Source of the DNA: an uncultured virus (IMG/VR IMGVR_UViG_3300037471_001331) | Lineage: Duplodnaviria > Heunggongvirae > Uroviricota > Caudoviricetes | Length of the DNA stretch: 64,000 nt | Virus record (IMG/VR): IMGVR_UViG_3300037471_001331 | Direction: 5' to 3' (one strand) | Shown here: positions 26,695-38,401 of the stretch, piece after piece | Numbering within the stretch: the first letter of the stretch is position 1 | Layout of the letters: each line of letters starts with the position of its first letter | Translations under genes and position numbers: made by a program | The notes under the pieces: generated by a model | Told to the model about the DNA's origin: nothing | Seen by the model: the letters and a program-made list of their open reading frames with translations, nothing else | Databases searched by the model: none

Positions 26695-27783
26695 TTAAAG
26701 GGTGCGCTCCGCGCCATGGAACTTGGTCACGACGGGGAAGCGGGGAATGCCGTCAGGCGTCAGCGCAAAGAAGCGGACGGTGACGACTTTGTGGGTTTCG
26801 TGGAGGAGCTCAGCAGCGCGCTCGCGCGTGCCGCGGATGCCGGCTCCGAAAAGGCGACCATCAGGAAGACGGCACTGGACAGCCTTCGCAACGCCCGCCC
26901 AGTTCCCCTGGCCTTCCTGGATTTCGACGACTTCGAACTCGGCATCCTGAAATTCCTTCCGCTTCAGGAGAAGCTTTGAGCGCTTCTGCTCATAGGTGCC
27001 GGGCAGGCGGACCATCTGGCCCTCGTATCCCTGCTCGAGCCACAGGCCGTAGAGGTAATCGACCAAATCGGGCTGGTGGACCCGTTCGGTGGGGACGAGG
27101 ACAACAGCCCCCTCAATGCCGTGGTCGCGAACGGCGCAGCCGAGCATCTCGAGCCGGGTCTTCGTGCAGCGGGCATTGTTCGAGGGGACATCATAGACGT
27201 GGTACTGCATCCGGGCCTCGGCGAGCTCGAGCTCGTCGGCCGTCGGTTTCTGCTTGCGGACGATCGACGCGATCGTGTTGAAATCGTCCTTCAGCTCATG
27301 GTTGTAGAGCTCGCCGTCGAGCACGAGGCCGGGGTAGGCCTCGAACAGCGGCATGAGCTGGGCGTGGATGTGCGGGACGGCCGTGATCTCCTTGCCCTGG
27401 CGGGAGAAGAGACCGCTCTCGCTGGCGATGCAGCGAATCCCGTCGAGCTTCGGCTGCACGACAACCTCGCTCCAGCTCGGATCCCAGCCCTCGTATTTCT
27501 GGGCCAGCATCGGCTTGAAGAAGTGCGCGCCGTTGACCGTAGCCTCGATCGAGCGGTGATACTCGCGCGTCAGCTTGTGCTCGTACGCGGCCTTGATCTC
27601 GAAATCGGCCTGGGCCTGGTCGGTGGGCTGGCTCGCGGCGCGAGCCTGGGTCCAGCCGGAACGGACCAGGGTGCCGCCGTCGATACCGGCGACGGCGCGA
27701 TAGCGAGAGCCGTCCTGCTCGATGTACCAGATCCGGCGCTTGCCGGCGCTGTCGAGCTTGTAGATGGGATCGTGGGTAATCAT
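26695..27783 (-). CDS. ATP-dependent DNA ligase
   Basis: QPKLDGIRC (motif I), LDGELY, YHVYD, YEGQMVR, LLKRK, PRFP. Confidence 0.95.
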   Translation of the reverse strand: MITHDPIYKLDSAGKRRIWYIEQDGSRYRAVAGIDGGTLVRSGWTQARAASQPTDQAQADFEIKAAYEHKLTREYHRSIEATVNGAHFFKPMLAQKYEGWDPSWSEVVVQPKLDGIRCIASESGLFSRQGKEITAVPHIHAQLMPLFEAYPGLVLDGELYNHELKDDFNTIASIVRKQKPTADELELAEARMQYHVYDVPSNNARCTKTRLEMLGCAVRDHGIEGAVVLVPTERVHQPDLVDYLYGLWLEQGYEGQMVRLPGTYEQKRSKLLLKRKEFQDAEFEVVEIQEGQGNWAGVAKAVQCRLPDGRLFGAGIRGTRERAAELLHETHKVVTVRFFALTPDGIPRFPVVTKFHGAERTL

Positions 27784-28589
27784 GCGTCATTCGCCCTGTG
27801 AACGCTGTCCGACAGCTGGCGGAGCTGCATCGCTGCAACGTCCGCGCCCATGCCGGCGCCGGGGTTGGTTGGCGGGATGTGGCCGAGGCGCAGCGCTTCA
27901 GCGGCGCCGGCCAGGAAGCGGGCGAAACCGCCCGCCTGCTTGCCGACCTTGAACCGCAAGACGACCTCGCTGCCCTCGCGAGACACCTTAGCCATCCTTC
28001 ATCTCCTGGATGAGGAAAGCACGGGCGCGAGTGATCGCCGCCTCGATCTCGTCGAGGCCGTCGTCGTCCTCGTAGGTGCCGTCCTCGAGGCCGCTGGCCA
28101 GGTCGGTGGCGTACTTGTCAGCGCCTTCGATCAGCCAGGTGAGGTCGTCGACGCTCAGCGTCTGGCACTGAGGGACTTCCTCAATGACACCGCTGATGCC
28201 GACGCTGGGGTGCGCCGAGCGAACCTGGATCACAGGCTCGCCCGGGTAAGCATCGCACTCGTCGGTGAGGGGCGTGCAGACGCCCTCGACGAGGCATTTG
28301 ACGAGGATGAGGTTCATGCGACGAGCCTCATTTCGAATTCGGTTTCCCGGACTGTAGTCCGGAGCTCGAGCTTCTCGCTGTCGCTCTCGAACCACAGCCG
28401 GGCGCCGCACGGCAACGGATCGTGCGGACGGTAAATGAACTTGCCCACGACCTCTCCGTCGTGGACGAGCTCAACCTCGTGGGCCCGCTTGGAGCCCTTG
28501 TAATTGCGGGTGATGATCGCCGGCTCGTCGGTGCCGTTCTTGCGGTTGGCCGCAATCACGCACTGGGCGACGTGCAGGATCTGTTTCAC
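27780..28589 (-). CDS. Three hypothetical genes (27780-27995, 27988-28317, 28314-28589)
   Basis: Coupled ORFs; the last has the HV....I..N...PLPCGARLW pattern of a common phage protein. Confidence 0.6.
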
Positions 28590-29677
28590 GACCTCGGGCC
28601 GAGGAAGGCGTCGAGGAACAGGGCGATCAGGCCCTTCGGCTTCTCGGCCTCCTCTTCGGCCTGCTCGAGCTCGTAGTCGAAGCCCAGATTCTCGACGAGG
28701 TCGAGGGGGTGCTCCTGGCTGTTGCCGGTCCAGCTGCCGTACGGCGTATAAATCTGCTGCTCGCCGCGGCTGGGCAGGACCACGCCGGTGTACGGGTATT
28801 CCTCGTTTTCGTCGTCCTCGAAGGCGACGATCTCGACGACGCGGCCGTCGCGGGTCCGGTAATAGTTGCCGACCTCGAGCTCGTCGTCGAGCTCGCCGGC
28901 AGGCCCCGGGTCGTAGCTGTAATTGCTGACGTAGCTCGGGAAGAAGTCCTTCGCCTTGTCGCCCGGCACCTGGCCGACGACCCGATACTCGCAAACGCGC
29001 GCCTTCGAGCAATTGTAGTCGCGCGGGATGGCGACGAAGTCCTTGGGATGAACCTTGACGACCATCACGCGATCGGAGCCGCCGCCGGTGGCGGTGCCGT
29101 AGTGCGGCAGATACTTGGTGCCGCAGACGTGGAGGCCGTAGCTGCAAGTCCGGTCCGGGTCCTCGTCGACCTCGTTCCGCGAGACGGAAACGGTCTGGCC
29201 GATCGAGTTGTCGAACGTCTTGGTGTAGATGTCCCGATAGTCGTCGGTGACGATCTTGTAGGCGATCACATCACCTTCCGGAGTGATCGGCAGACCCGAC
29301 TGGACGCACCAGTCGTAAAGGCCTTCGACCGCTCGCCGGCTCGGGTTCTCCTTCACCTTCTCAAGGAAGTTGATGAGCGGCTGAGCAAGCTCCTTGTCAC
29401 CCGCTTCCATGAACTGGAGGATGCGGATGGTCAGCGAATTGTGGAGCGGCTTGCCGTCGTAGAACAGGGTCCGGTCGACGATCTGGACCTTGCCCTGCAT
29501 GAACGACGCGATCGCGCTCGGCAGGTCCATCAGCTGCTTGACCTGGTTGTCGTTGCCGGCCTTGAGGGCCGAGACGACCTGGGCGAACGCCGGGTGTGAC
29601 GCCGGCATGACTTTGGGGACGAAGTCGTCCCCGAGGACGGTGACCGAAGAACTGGTCAGGTTGTAAGTCAGAGACAT
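28586..29677 (-). CDS. rIIB: RIIB-like protein
   Basis: LPITPEG...AYK, VDEDPDRTCSYGLHV, VKVHPKDFVAIPRDYN.SKARVCEY; directly downstream of rIIA. Confidence 0.88.
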   Translation of the reverse strand: MSLTYNLTSSSVTVLGDDFVPKVMPASHPAFAQVVSALKAGNDNQVKQLMDLPSAIASFMQGKVQIVDRTLFYDGKPLHNSLTIRILQFMEAGDKELAQPLINFLEKVKENPSRRAVEGLYDWCVQSGLPITPEGDVIAYKIVTDDYRDIYTKTFDNSIGQTVSVSRNEVDEDPDRTCSYGLHVCGTKYLPHYGTATGGGSDRVMVVKVHPKDFVAIPRDYNCSKARVCEYRVVGQVPGDKAKDFFPSYVSNYSYDPGPAGELDDELEVGNYYRTRDGRVVEIVAFEDDENEEYPYTGVVLPSRGEQQIYTPYGSWTGNSQEHPLDLVENLGFDYELEQAEEEAEKPKGLIALFLDAFLGPRS

Positions 29678-31818
29678 TACAGGTTCTCCAGGAACAGCTC
29701 GAGGCGTTGATCCTCGAGCGCGGTGTGTTGGCCGAGGGCGTTGAAAAGGATCCGCGCCCGCCATTGCTTGGTCTTGAATTTCTCCACGAGCTCGTCGGGC
29801 TTGACGCCGCGCGGGAGCTTGGGAGTGACGTAGATCGCGAGCTTCATCTGCTCGTCGTCCAGCGTTTCGACGTAGTACTTGTAGAGCTTGAAGATCTGCC
29901 CGAACGGCTTCCTGGACGTGAAGTCGATGTCAGGGTTGCGGCGGAAGAATTGGTAGAAGTCCGACAAGTCAGCGTCGTGGAACAGGGCGAGGCGCTGCGC
30001 GAGCTCGGGATATTTGGCGAGCGCGGCCTTCTTGCGCTGCTCGATCTCGTGCTCGGCCCGCGTCCAGCCCTTCAGCTTTTTGGCGTCGCCGACGTTGGCG
30101 AAATGGAGCTCATCCCAGTCGATCAGGCCGGCCTTGACAGCCTGCTGAACGAACAGCGGATATTTGAAATTCTCCATGACGACGAGGATGCCGGTCTCGG
30201 GTTGGAGCTCGTACGGGACCTCCTCGACGCCGCGGAGACCGTAGACGCCGGGGTTGAGGTTGCGCTCCTCGCTGCCGTGCTTCCACGCCCAGGTGTGCCC
30301 GTCGTAGGTGAACATCCGGACCTTGGGGCGGACCTTGCCGGTATCGAGCTTGATGCGCTCGACGATCGGCTCGGGAAGCTCGGAGGTCAGCACAACCCGC
30401 GATGGGTCGGGATCGCCGAACGCCTTGATGATATCGGCCGGCGCGATGGTCTGGTCCTCGTCGGGGCGGATGACGATCGAGTTGCTCTCGACGCCGTCGA
30501 GGAACAGCTTGATCCGCTGCGACGTCCGCGAGCTCGGCTTCTGCGGCAAATCGTCGATGATGAAGAACTGGTAGTGGGCCGGCTCGAGCCCGAACTTGTC
30601 CGGATATTCGAACCGCGCGGCGCCGATCGCCTTGATACCGTCCTTGGCACGGCGGCTGGCCCGGGCGTCGCGGCCGTCGACCGTCCAGTAGGAGTAGCCC
30701 CAGCACGGATAGGTCTTGTTGTCGTACGACTGGCGAGTGCCGAGTTCGGGAAATTCGAGCCTCGTCTTGAGCGGCTGGCCGCGCCACTTGGCGTGCTCGG
30801 CAAGGAAGCTGGCCCGGGCGTCGCGGTAGCTGCCACCCACTTCACGGTGAAGGGCAACGCGCGCTTCCCAGCCGCTGTCGTAATCGTCGAACATGGTCGA
30901 GAAGGACGCGGCGACTTCGTCGATCACCGCCTCGCAGGCGACGCGGATCGCTTCGACCGTCTTGTCGTCGTAGGACAGCGCTTCCCGGCTGAGCGCGACC
31001 GAACAGGTGCCGATCGGCACCCGCAGGTCGAGGCCGTATTTCAGCAGCGCGCGGGCCGGGCTCTCGGACGGGAACTTGTAGGTGAGGTTGTCGACGTTCA
31101 CCGGATACATGACGCCGCCCATGATAATCTGGAGCGGGCCGGAGCTCGGTCGCATGCCCCAGACCTTGCCGCGGCTGACGTAGGCCGGCGGGATGAAGCT
31201 GCCCTCGGTTGCGTTCTTGATGTCGGGCAGCGGCTCGAAATATTTGAGGCTCTCGAACGCAGCCTGCTCGAACGTCGAGAAGTCGTCGGGTTTGACCGGG
31301 AAGCTGACCTCGACGCCATTGGGCTCGTTCGTGGTTCGCTGGCCGAGCAGCCCGATCGCCGGGATACCCTCCTCGTCCTTGAAGATCGAGTAGATGCTCT
31401 CGATCCCATCGAAGACGCTGCGGACGGTATATTGGTCGACGTAGGCGAACGGGCTCTTGGAGCCGATGCCGAAGCCGCCGATCGCGACGTTCGAGCCGTC
31501 CTTGGTCGAGCCGTCGGCGTAGCACATGAACTCGTTCATCATGAACGAGTGGTTCATGCCGAGGCCCTGGTCGCGGACCTTGAAAGTCGGCTCGAGGATG
31601 GTCGGGAGCCAGACTTCGACCGGCACCTCGCCCTTGCCGGCCATGACGTGGCTGTCGAAGGCGTTGGCGACGAGCTCGCGGCAGATCGCACGGGGCTTGT
31701 TGGCGTAGGTCTGGTCGGCGAAGAAGTTGAAGATCTTGGGCGACGTCTTGATTGTCGCGCGGGCAACCTGCTGGATGCCCACGGACTCGACGTCGCGTTG
31801 TTCTTTCTCAAGAAGCAT
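29677..31818 (-). CDS. rIIA: RIIA-like protein (GHKL/HSP90-type ATPase domain)
   Basis: RELVANAFDSH, DQGLGM, GGFGIGSKSPFAY, SREALSY. Confidence 0.9.
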   Translation of the reverse strand: MLLEKEQRDVESVGIQQVARATIKTSPKIFNFFADQTYANKPRAICRELVANAFDSHVMAGKGEVPVEVWLPTILEPTFKVRDQGLGMNHSFMMNEFMCYADGSTKDGSNVAIGGFGIGSKSPFAYVDQYTVRSVFDGIESIYSIFKDEEGIPAIGLLGQRTTNEPNGVEVSFPVKPDDFSTFEQAAFESLKYFEPLPDIKNATEGSFIPPAYVSRGKVWGMRPSSGPLQIIMGGVMYPVNVDNLTYKFPSESPARALLKYGLDLRVPIGTCSVALSREALSYDDKTVEAIRVACEAVIDEVAASFSTMFDDYDSGWEARVALHREVGGSYRDARASFLAEHAKWRGQPLKTRLEFPELGTRQSYDNKTYPCWGYSYWTVDGRDARASRRAKDGIKAIGAARFEYPDKFGLEPAHYQFFIIDDLPQKPSSRTSQRIKLFLDGVESNSIVIRPDEDQTIAPADIIKAFGDPDPSRVVLTSELPEPIVERIKLDTGKVRPKVRMFTYDGHTWAWKHGSEERNLNPGVYGLRGVEEVPYELQPETGILVVMENFKYPLFVQQAVKAGLIDWDELHFANVGDAKKLKGWTRAEHEIEQRKKAALAKYPELAQRLALFHDADLSDFYQFFRRNPDIDFTSRKPFGQIFKLYKYYVETLDDEQMKLAIYVTPKLPRGVKPDELVEKFKTKQWRARILFNALGQHTALEDQRLELFLENL

Positions 31819-31866
31819 GCGTGTTCACTCCCCTAATTCGGGGTTCAGAGTCTCAGGCTGTGGGAG

Positions 31867-31883
31867 AAGTGACTTAGTCAGTT
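31867..31883. promoter_or_regulatory. Operator-like palindrome, copy 9 (AAGTGACTTAGTCAGTT)
   Basis: One mismatch; upstream of rIIA. Confidence 0.75.
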
Positions 31884-34800
31884 GCCAGGGCGGGCCAGTG
31901 CCTGGCCTGATGCCAGTCCAGCGGCTCGCCCGTCAGGCGCCGATTGTCTTCGTCGAATTCGCGGTCGAGGATCTCGCTCGAGAAGACGACGTCGGGGTTG
32001 CCAAGCAGGGCCATGAACTTGGCCCTCTGCACGGCGGGAGGGGTGTACGACATAGCGGTTGCCATGGCTAAGCGCTCGCTGGCTCGGGTGAAGGGGCGGC
32101 GGCGTTCACCACCGCGGTGTCCGCAATCCGAGCACAGCGCATCAGCTCTTCGCGAGCGTCCATCCGCGCCTTCGGGGTTTCGGCATTGGTGTAGATCTCG
32201 AGCAGGAGCGGCACGGCCGTTGCCCACTTCATCTCGAGGACGACTTCCTCAGTCATCTTCAGGGAACTCCCCGACGATCTCGAAGGGTGGGAGCGTGGTG
32301 TCGAAGTAGGCGAGCACGGCCTCGTAGCTGCCGAGCTCCTTCACCGTCTCGAGGTCGATCGCCTTTGTCTGCTCGCCGACGAACTCACGGCTCTCGCCGG
32401 TCCTTGCGTCGTAGATGGTCGTGTAGGCGTCCCATTCGGAGCCGGCGCCACATTCATATTCGTAACTGAGATCATGTTCCCGGCAGAAGGCCTCGATCTC
32501 CTCGAGGTTGCCGTAGTTGACCTCGCTGTTGCCGAAGAAATTGTGCTTCAGCAGGTCTTCGCGAGTGACCTCGCTCCCCTGACCCCAGTCGGGACCGAGG
32601 CGTTTCTCATTGATGAGCTCGAGGAGCTCGTCGGCGTGCTCGGCCGGCAGCTTGCCGCCGAGGCGAATTGAGGCGTTGATACATTCGGCCATTAGTAGAT
32701 TGCCTCCGTGATCTCGGCGTCGCCGCCGAACTCTTCCTGGGCTTGGGCGTAGATATCGCCGAGCTGGACCTCGGTTCGCTCGCCTGTCCAGGCGATCGCA
32801 ACCGCCCAGCCGGTGAGATAGCAGGCCTTTTCGGCGCCGATCTCTTGAACGACGCAGACCGAGTTTTCGGCCAGGTGCTCGGCGATGCCATCGAGGATCG
32901 AGACGGGCTCATCCTCGTCGTCTTCGCAAGGCCAACGCCGAGGGACGGCGCCGAACTCGTCTTCGGAGTAGAAGCCGACTTTGCCATCTTTCTCGATGAG
33001 GTGGGCCTCGAATTGTCCGAGGAAGTCGCGGAAGGCGGCTTCGTCCTTCACGCGGAAATAGTTGGAGCGGCAGGTGCCGTACCAGTTAGCCATAAACGAG
33101 CTCCCCAAAGAGGCAGCATTGAAGGAAGACGTCCGCCGTGGTGGCGTCGTCGTTCTCGGCGATCATGTCGGAGAAATGCCGGCCATATTCGCGGGCCATG
33201 ATCTCGAGCCCGTCGCGAATTTGCCGAGGGCCGAGATGGAAGAAGTCGGACTCGTCGTCGGGCTTGACCTTCACCAGGAAGTCAGCCTCGGCGAAGACGT
33301 TGCGCTTGGAATTGCCCCACCAGACGACGCCGTCCTCGGGCAATTCCTCGGGCTTGGGGTGGATGAGCACTGCGCGCTCGATCCAATAGTTGCTGCCGCC
33401 CTCGAACGCGCCGATGATCATGTCCTGGACGCGCTGGGGGTCGATGGTGGTGTTTACCTGATACATCACGGAAACTCCGCGTGGTTCTCGAGACTGTCGA
33501 GATCGAGGAGATCGATCGTCTCGAAGTCATTGGGGTTGGTGGATTTCGCCACTTCGAACACGTTGGCGATGTTGTCGGGCTGGAGCTGGATCTCTCGGGC
33601 TTGCTCCGCCGCAGCGCGCGGGCTGTCGACGTCAAAGATGTCGATCTCCCAACGAACGCGATAGTTAGGCATCGGATTTCTCCCCGGTGCCGTTGCACTC
33701 GGTGCAGAGCTTCGAGACCTTCGCCTCGAAATCGTAGACGGTCCGATCGCCGTCGCACTCGGAACAGACCTCAACGTGGTTGTGGAGGAAAACGGTCGGC
33801 GCCTCGACGACCTCGCGGACAAAGTCGGGGTCGATCACGGTCATCGTCGAGCTGAGGTAGGCCTCGCTGCCCCCGATGATCACGCCGGTCGCGTCGTGGT
33901 CGAAGGTGTCGGTGTCGAAGTCGAGCGCGTAGAGGTCGACGCGATAGTCGGAGCTCGAGCCCTGGAGGACGCCGCCGCTGATGTTGGCGACGATCTGGGG
34001 CTTGACGACGGGCGCGGCGCGGATCTGGTCGAACAACCAGCCCTCGCCATACCCGCCGTCGCGCAGCTGCTGGAGCAGCGCGTCGCGGCTGATGAGGTCG
34101 GTCATTGGATTGTCATTCCTTCCTCGAGGATCCCCTCGACGATCGGTTCGGCGTAACGTGGCTCGACGGCGCAGGCACCGCCCATCCACTGCCAGGGTTC
34201 GGTCGGGACGTTCTCGTCCCACCATTCTTGAGCTGCGGGAGTGAGCGGCGCGAACGTCATGATCGAGCCGTGGTTCACGAGGTGAAAATCAGCTTGCATT
34301 GATGTCCTCGATCACCGCCTCGCGGGCGGCATTGAAGGTTCTGGGGAACACGCCAATGTCGCGTTCCGGCATCCGAGGCGGGAACAGGAGGAACCCATCG
34401 GCCTTGTGCCAGATGCACGGCGTGCGATCGGAGCCCTCGACTGGGAGGAGTTCGTAGCCGCGGAAGTAGATTGAGTGCTCCGAGCGGAGCGGGACCGGCG
34501 GATCGACCATGTCGGCGGCGTCGGTCAGCTCCCGGGCGGCGCGGCGAGCCTCGGCCGGCGTAACCCGACCGAAACCCTTCTTGCCGCCGTTCGGGCCCTT
34601 GAGCTCGACCAGCACCTCGGCCGGCAGGTCTTCCGACCAGCCTTTGAGGTGAATGTCGGCGTACCAGCTTCTGTTAACCACAGATCGCTCCTGCGTTGAA
34701 ATCCTGCGCGAGGAGTTCCGAGCCGCCGATCGAGAAGTCGCCGTAGTAGACGCCCTCGTGCTTGATCATGTCTTCGTGCGTCCCGAGCCACACGTCCTCG

Positions 34801-37658
34801 ATCCGATCGGGGTCGACGTAGGAGCTCGTGGTCGGGTGCTTCGCGACGAAGTCGAGCATTCGCTGGTGCTCGGACGGGAAGAAGCGCTCGACGAGCGAGC
34901 GGCGGATGCCGACCCGGACCGTCGCCATGTAGGTGACGTGAACGTAGTTCAGCGGGCCGATCACGGGGCCTTCAAGGCCCCAGTCGTCCATTTGCTCGTC
35001 GGGGTCCTTGCGGCCGTGGAAGAGGTGAAGGTAGACGCCCTCACTCATCACCGGTCTCCTCGACGTCGATCAGCTCGTAGCTGTTCTCGTCGTCGATCGT
35101 GTCGTGATGCCGGCCGGAGTAATATTGGCCGGGGTCGTCGTAGAGTTTCTCGCGGGCCTCTTCCTCCGTCTCGGCTTCCACGTCGTAGAAGGACCGTTCG
35201 GTGGAGACGGCAAAGCAAAAGCGTTTCATCCAAACTTCCTTTGTTGGCGATGATAGTTGCGGGCGATCTCGTGATGGCCCGTTGCAAAGACGTTCAGCAG
35301 GTGAACGCCGCGGCTGAAGTTGGCGCCGATGCCGATGATCTTCGACCAGCTGTCGAACTGCTCGAGGGCCTTGGCGCCGAGCGCGCCGAGCGCCTCGACC
35401 TGGGTCTCGAGCAGGTTCGGCTGGAACTCGTCGTCGGCCGGCGGTTCGGCGGGCGGGAGCGGGGGCTGAGGCGATGAGAAGAGGGGTTGGATAGGCTCGA
35501 CGCCGCCCCCGCCGCCGGTTGGCGGCTCGGGCAACCCCTCGCCACCCTCGACGATCTGATCCTGCAGCGTGTCGATGTGCTGGTAGAGCTCCTGGACGAA
35601 TGCCATGAGCCCCGCCTTTTCGGTGGGAATGTCGATTTTCTCGAAGGCGCGGTTCACCGCCTTTGCGTCAGCCTGGGTGGCTCGCAACTGCTTGTGACCG
35701 CGCTCGTCGAGCGCGGTGTAGAAGATCATGAGCCGCAGGCTCGCTTGTACTCGGCGTCGTAGGAGACGCTGTTGTGATATTCCTCGTCGCCCACCTCATC
35801 GACGAGGTAGCTGACGACTTCCTCGGCATCCTCGGTGTGATGGATGGTGCCGTGGCCGAGGAACCGACTCTCTTCTTCGAAGGTGACGTGTTCCACCTGA
35901 ATGTTCGGGATGAACTCGTCGGCCTTCTTCATGGCGTCGACGTGGTCCTCGGCCTCGATCGAGACCTTGGTCCGGACGACGTGGTAGATGTGGACGTGGT
36001 ATTGCATCACGCCTCCTCGAGCTCGGGCTCATGCGACATCGTAGCGCTCCGCAGCCCAGGCCAATGCGGCTGCATGGGCTTGTTGGAATTTCGGGAAATC
36101 CGAACCCTGCTGGTCCTTGAAGTTGATGTTGCCGAGCAGCTGCTCGACGAGGTCGAGCATATGCATGATCGGGCTGCGGCCGTCGGGTGTGTCGGGCGCG
36201 ACCTCGGTCAGGCTGTCGAGGACGTAAGGGTCGTCGAAGACGTCCGCGATGCGGCAATCGAGATCGTCGTCCGCTTTCAGCTGCTTGGCTGCGGCGCGCT
36301 TGGCGCCGGCCCGGTCCTTGGCCTCGACCGTGAACCAGGTGTCGGGGGTAAAGTCACCTTCGCGGTGACATTCGATGAACCATTTCTTCATCAGGAGATC
36401 TCCAGTCGGCGCGGGAGCTCGGGGATGTCCCCGCAGCTGCCGTCGCCGCTTCGTGTGGTTTCCCACCAATCCGGCATGGGCGGTGTGACCCAGGCCATGT
36501 ATTTTTCCTGCACCTCACCGCAGCCGATGCAGGTGCGTGAGCAAGCGTGCCGGCCGTAGCTCCAGCCCTTGTGATATGGACCGAAAAGGAAGGTGAGAAC
36601 GCGACGGATCATTGCGTGACCTTCGCTTTCGCGAACCGGAGGCGATCGCCGAGCGTGCCTTCCGGATCGATCATGAGGAGCGTCTCGACGCGGGCCAGGA
36701 TCCGGCCGGCGCGCGACGCCGAGGTGGTGCAGGTGCTGACGTCGTAGTGCGGAACGCCGAGCTCGTCGGCGAGGGCGATGATGCGGTCGAGGATCATATG
36801 ATCAGCCCGATCTCGGCGCGGACCTCGCCGTTGACGATCTTCTCGATCAACGGTTCGGTCAGGTGGCACTCGAGCTTGCCGAGCTTGGCGAGAGCGACGG
36901 CCGGGTCGAGCGCCAGCATGAAGGTGTTGACGCCGAGCAGCGGCCAGTAGCCGGCCTCGTCCCAGGCCTCGTCGCCGGGGAATTCAGGCTCGTGGCTGGC
37001 AAAGAGGCTATCGCCGTCGGTGCGCCCGAAGTGATCGAGGAACGCCTCGGGCATGTAGCTGTCGCCCCAGTCCTGCTGGAGCTCGAGCATGGTGTCGAAC
37101 TCGGCCTGCTGGTGACTCCCGTAGATGACGGGGCCGGTCCAGATATTGTCCTCGAAGTCAGTGACGTCGCACTGCCAGAACTGTTTAGGCATCGGGCCAA
37201 ACCTCCTGCGGATTGGTGAAGAGCTCGACCTCGAAGGGTCCGGACCAGTCGCGGATCCACTTCGGTGCGGTGCCCTCATGGCGAAGATCGTCACGAAGCT
37301 GGTGCTGCGAGTTGAACGTCGCCTCGTCGGGGAACATGGCGAGGAACTCGGCGCGCGAGACCTCCCAGGTCGTGTCCCCCTCGGGGTCAACAGACATGGC
37401 GTAGTCACGCATCCAAGCCTGCGGGTTGAAGTTGAGAGTCACGGTCGGGCCGTCCAGCACTTGCTCGACGGCGTCGAGGTCGTCGTCGCCGGCGAAATAG
37501 GGCTCGCCGCCCTCGCAATCGTCGAGCTCCCAGTTGAGATTTGGGTCGCGCGCGTATTCGAGGGCGTAGCAGACGGCACCCGTGGGGCTCTCGGCCTCGA
37601 CGGTGATGTAGGCCGTGACTGTCACGTCGCGCGTGATCGGGACGCGGAATTTAGGCAT
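31874..37658 (-). CDS. Array of about 18 small early hypothetical genes (31874-32065, 32068-32256, 32249-32692, 32692-33093, 33086-33469, 33466-33672, 33665-34105, 34102-34299, 34289-34681, 34674-35051, 35041-35229, 35226-35729, 35726-36010, 36029-36391, 36391-36612, 36609-36797, 36794-37192, 37185-37658)
   Basis: Near-continuous start/stop overlaps, acidic small proteins, consistent GC3 bias. Confidence 0.75.
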
Positions 37659-37944
37659 CGATCTGCGCCTTGAGATGCGGGATCTGCTTGTCGTTGAGGG
37701 CGTAGCCGGGCCGGGGCTCGGCGAACGTCAGGCCAAGGACCTGCAGGTCTTCGATCTTCTCGATCGAGAAGAGCTTCCAGCCATGCTCGCGGCTGGTCTC
37801 GCCGGCCGGTTGGAAGCCGCGGAACACGGGCTTGCCACGGGCGGTGAGGCCGCAGGCGTGCGGCTCGACGAACCGGTTGAGGCCGTCGTAGCTGAAGGCG
37901 ATACAGTTCTTGGCCGCGATCGCGGCGGCGATCTGGTCAAGCAC
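37651..37944 (-). CDS. Stand-alone WYL-domain protein
   Basis: AI.....I.F.Y....R.VEPH..G.......R.FQ......GWKLFSIEKI...PRPGY. Confidence 0.8.
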   Translation of the reverse strand: MLDQIAAAIAAKNCIAFSYDGLNRFVEPHACGLTARGKPVFRGFQPAGETSREHGWKLFSIEKIEDLQVLGLTFAEPRPGYALNDKQIPHLKAQIDA

Positions 37945-38182
37945 TGAACGCCTCCCACGACCAGTAGAAGGGCCAGAGAAGACCGGCCGCGATCCCACTA
38001 AGCGCGGGCGGCGGTGTGTCTCTCGCGAGGTCACAGACAGAAGAAGCCGAGGTGGTGTGCGCGCAATCGGCGTAGATCTTGTCGTATGCCGGCTGGGCGT
38101 GCGCCGCGGCGTGGCCGAAGGTGACGATGCCGACGACGACGTAGAGGAAGAGGCCGATGGCCGCGATGCGGTAGCTGTTCAT
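37937..38182 (-). CDS. Small membrane protein
   Basis: Two hydrophobic segments, WPFYW C-terminus. Confidence 0.6.
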   Translation of the reverse strand: MNSYRIAAIGLFLYVVVGIVTFGHAAAHAQPAYDKIYADCAHTTSASSVCDLARDTPPPALSGIAAGLLWPFYWSWEAFSA

Positions 38183-38384
38183 GTCAATGCTTCCTGATCG
38201 TTGCCCCGGGGACCAGCGTGAACAGGCATCCCCAGGCGTTGACAGCGAGGCCGTTGTTGAGAGCGGCCTGGTAGACCTCGGCGTGGTTCGTCGAGGAGAT
38301 GATCGGCTGGTCAAGCCAGCAGAGGACGTAGGTCATGGTGGTGACCTCCGTTAAATTGGGTGTTTGCTGAAGGGGTTGTGGGAG

Positions 38385-38401
38385 AAGTGACTAGGTCACT
38401 T
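38385..38401. promoter_or_regulatory. Operator-like palindrome, copy 10 (AAGTGACTAGGTCACTT)
   Basis: Perfect consensus overlapping a stop codon. Confidence 0.85.
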
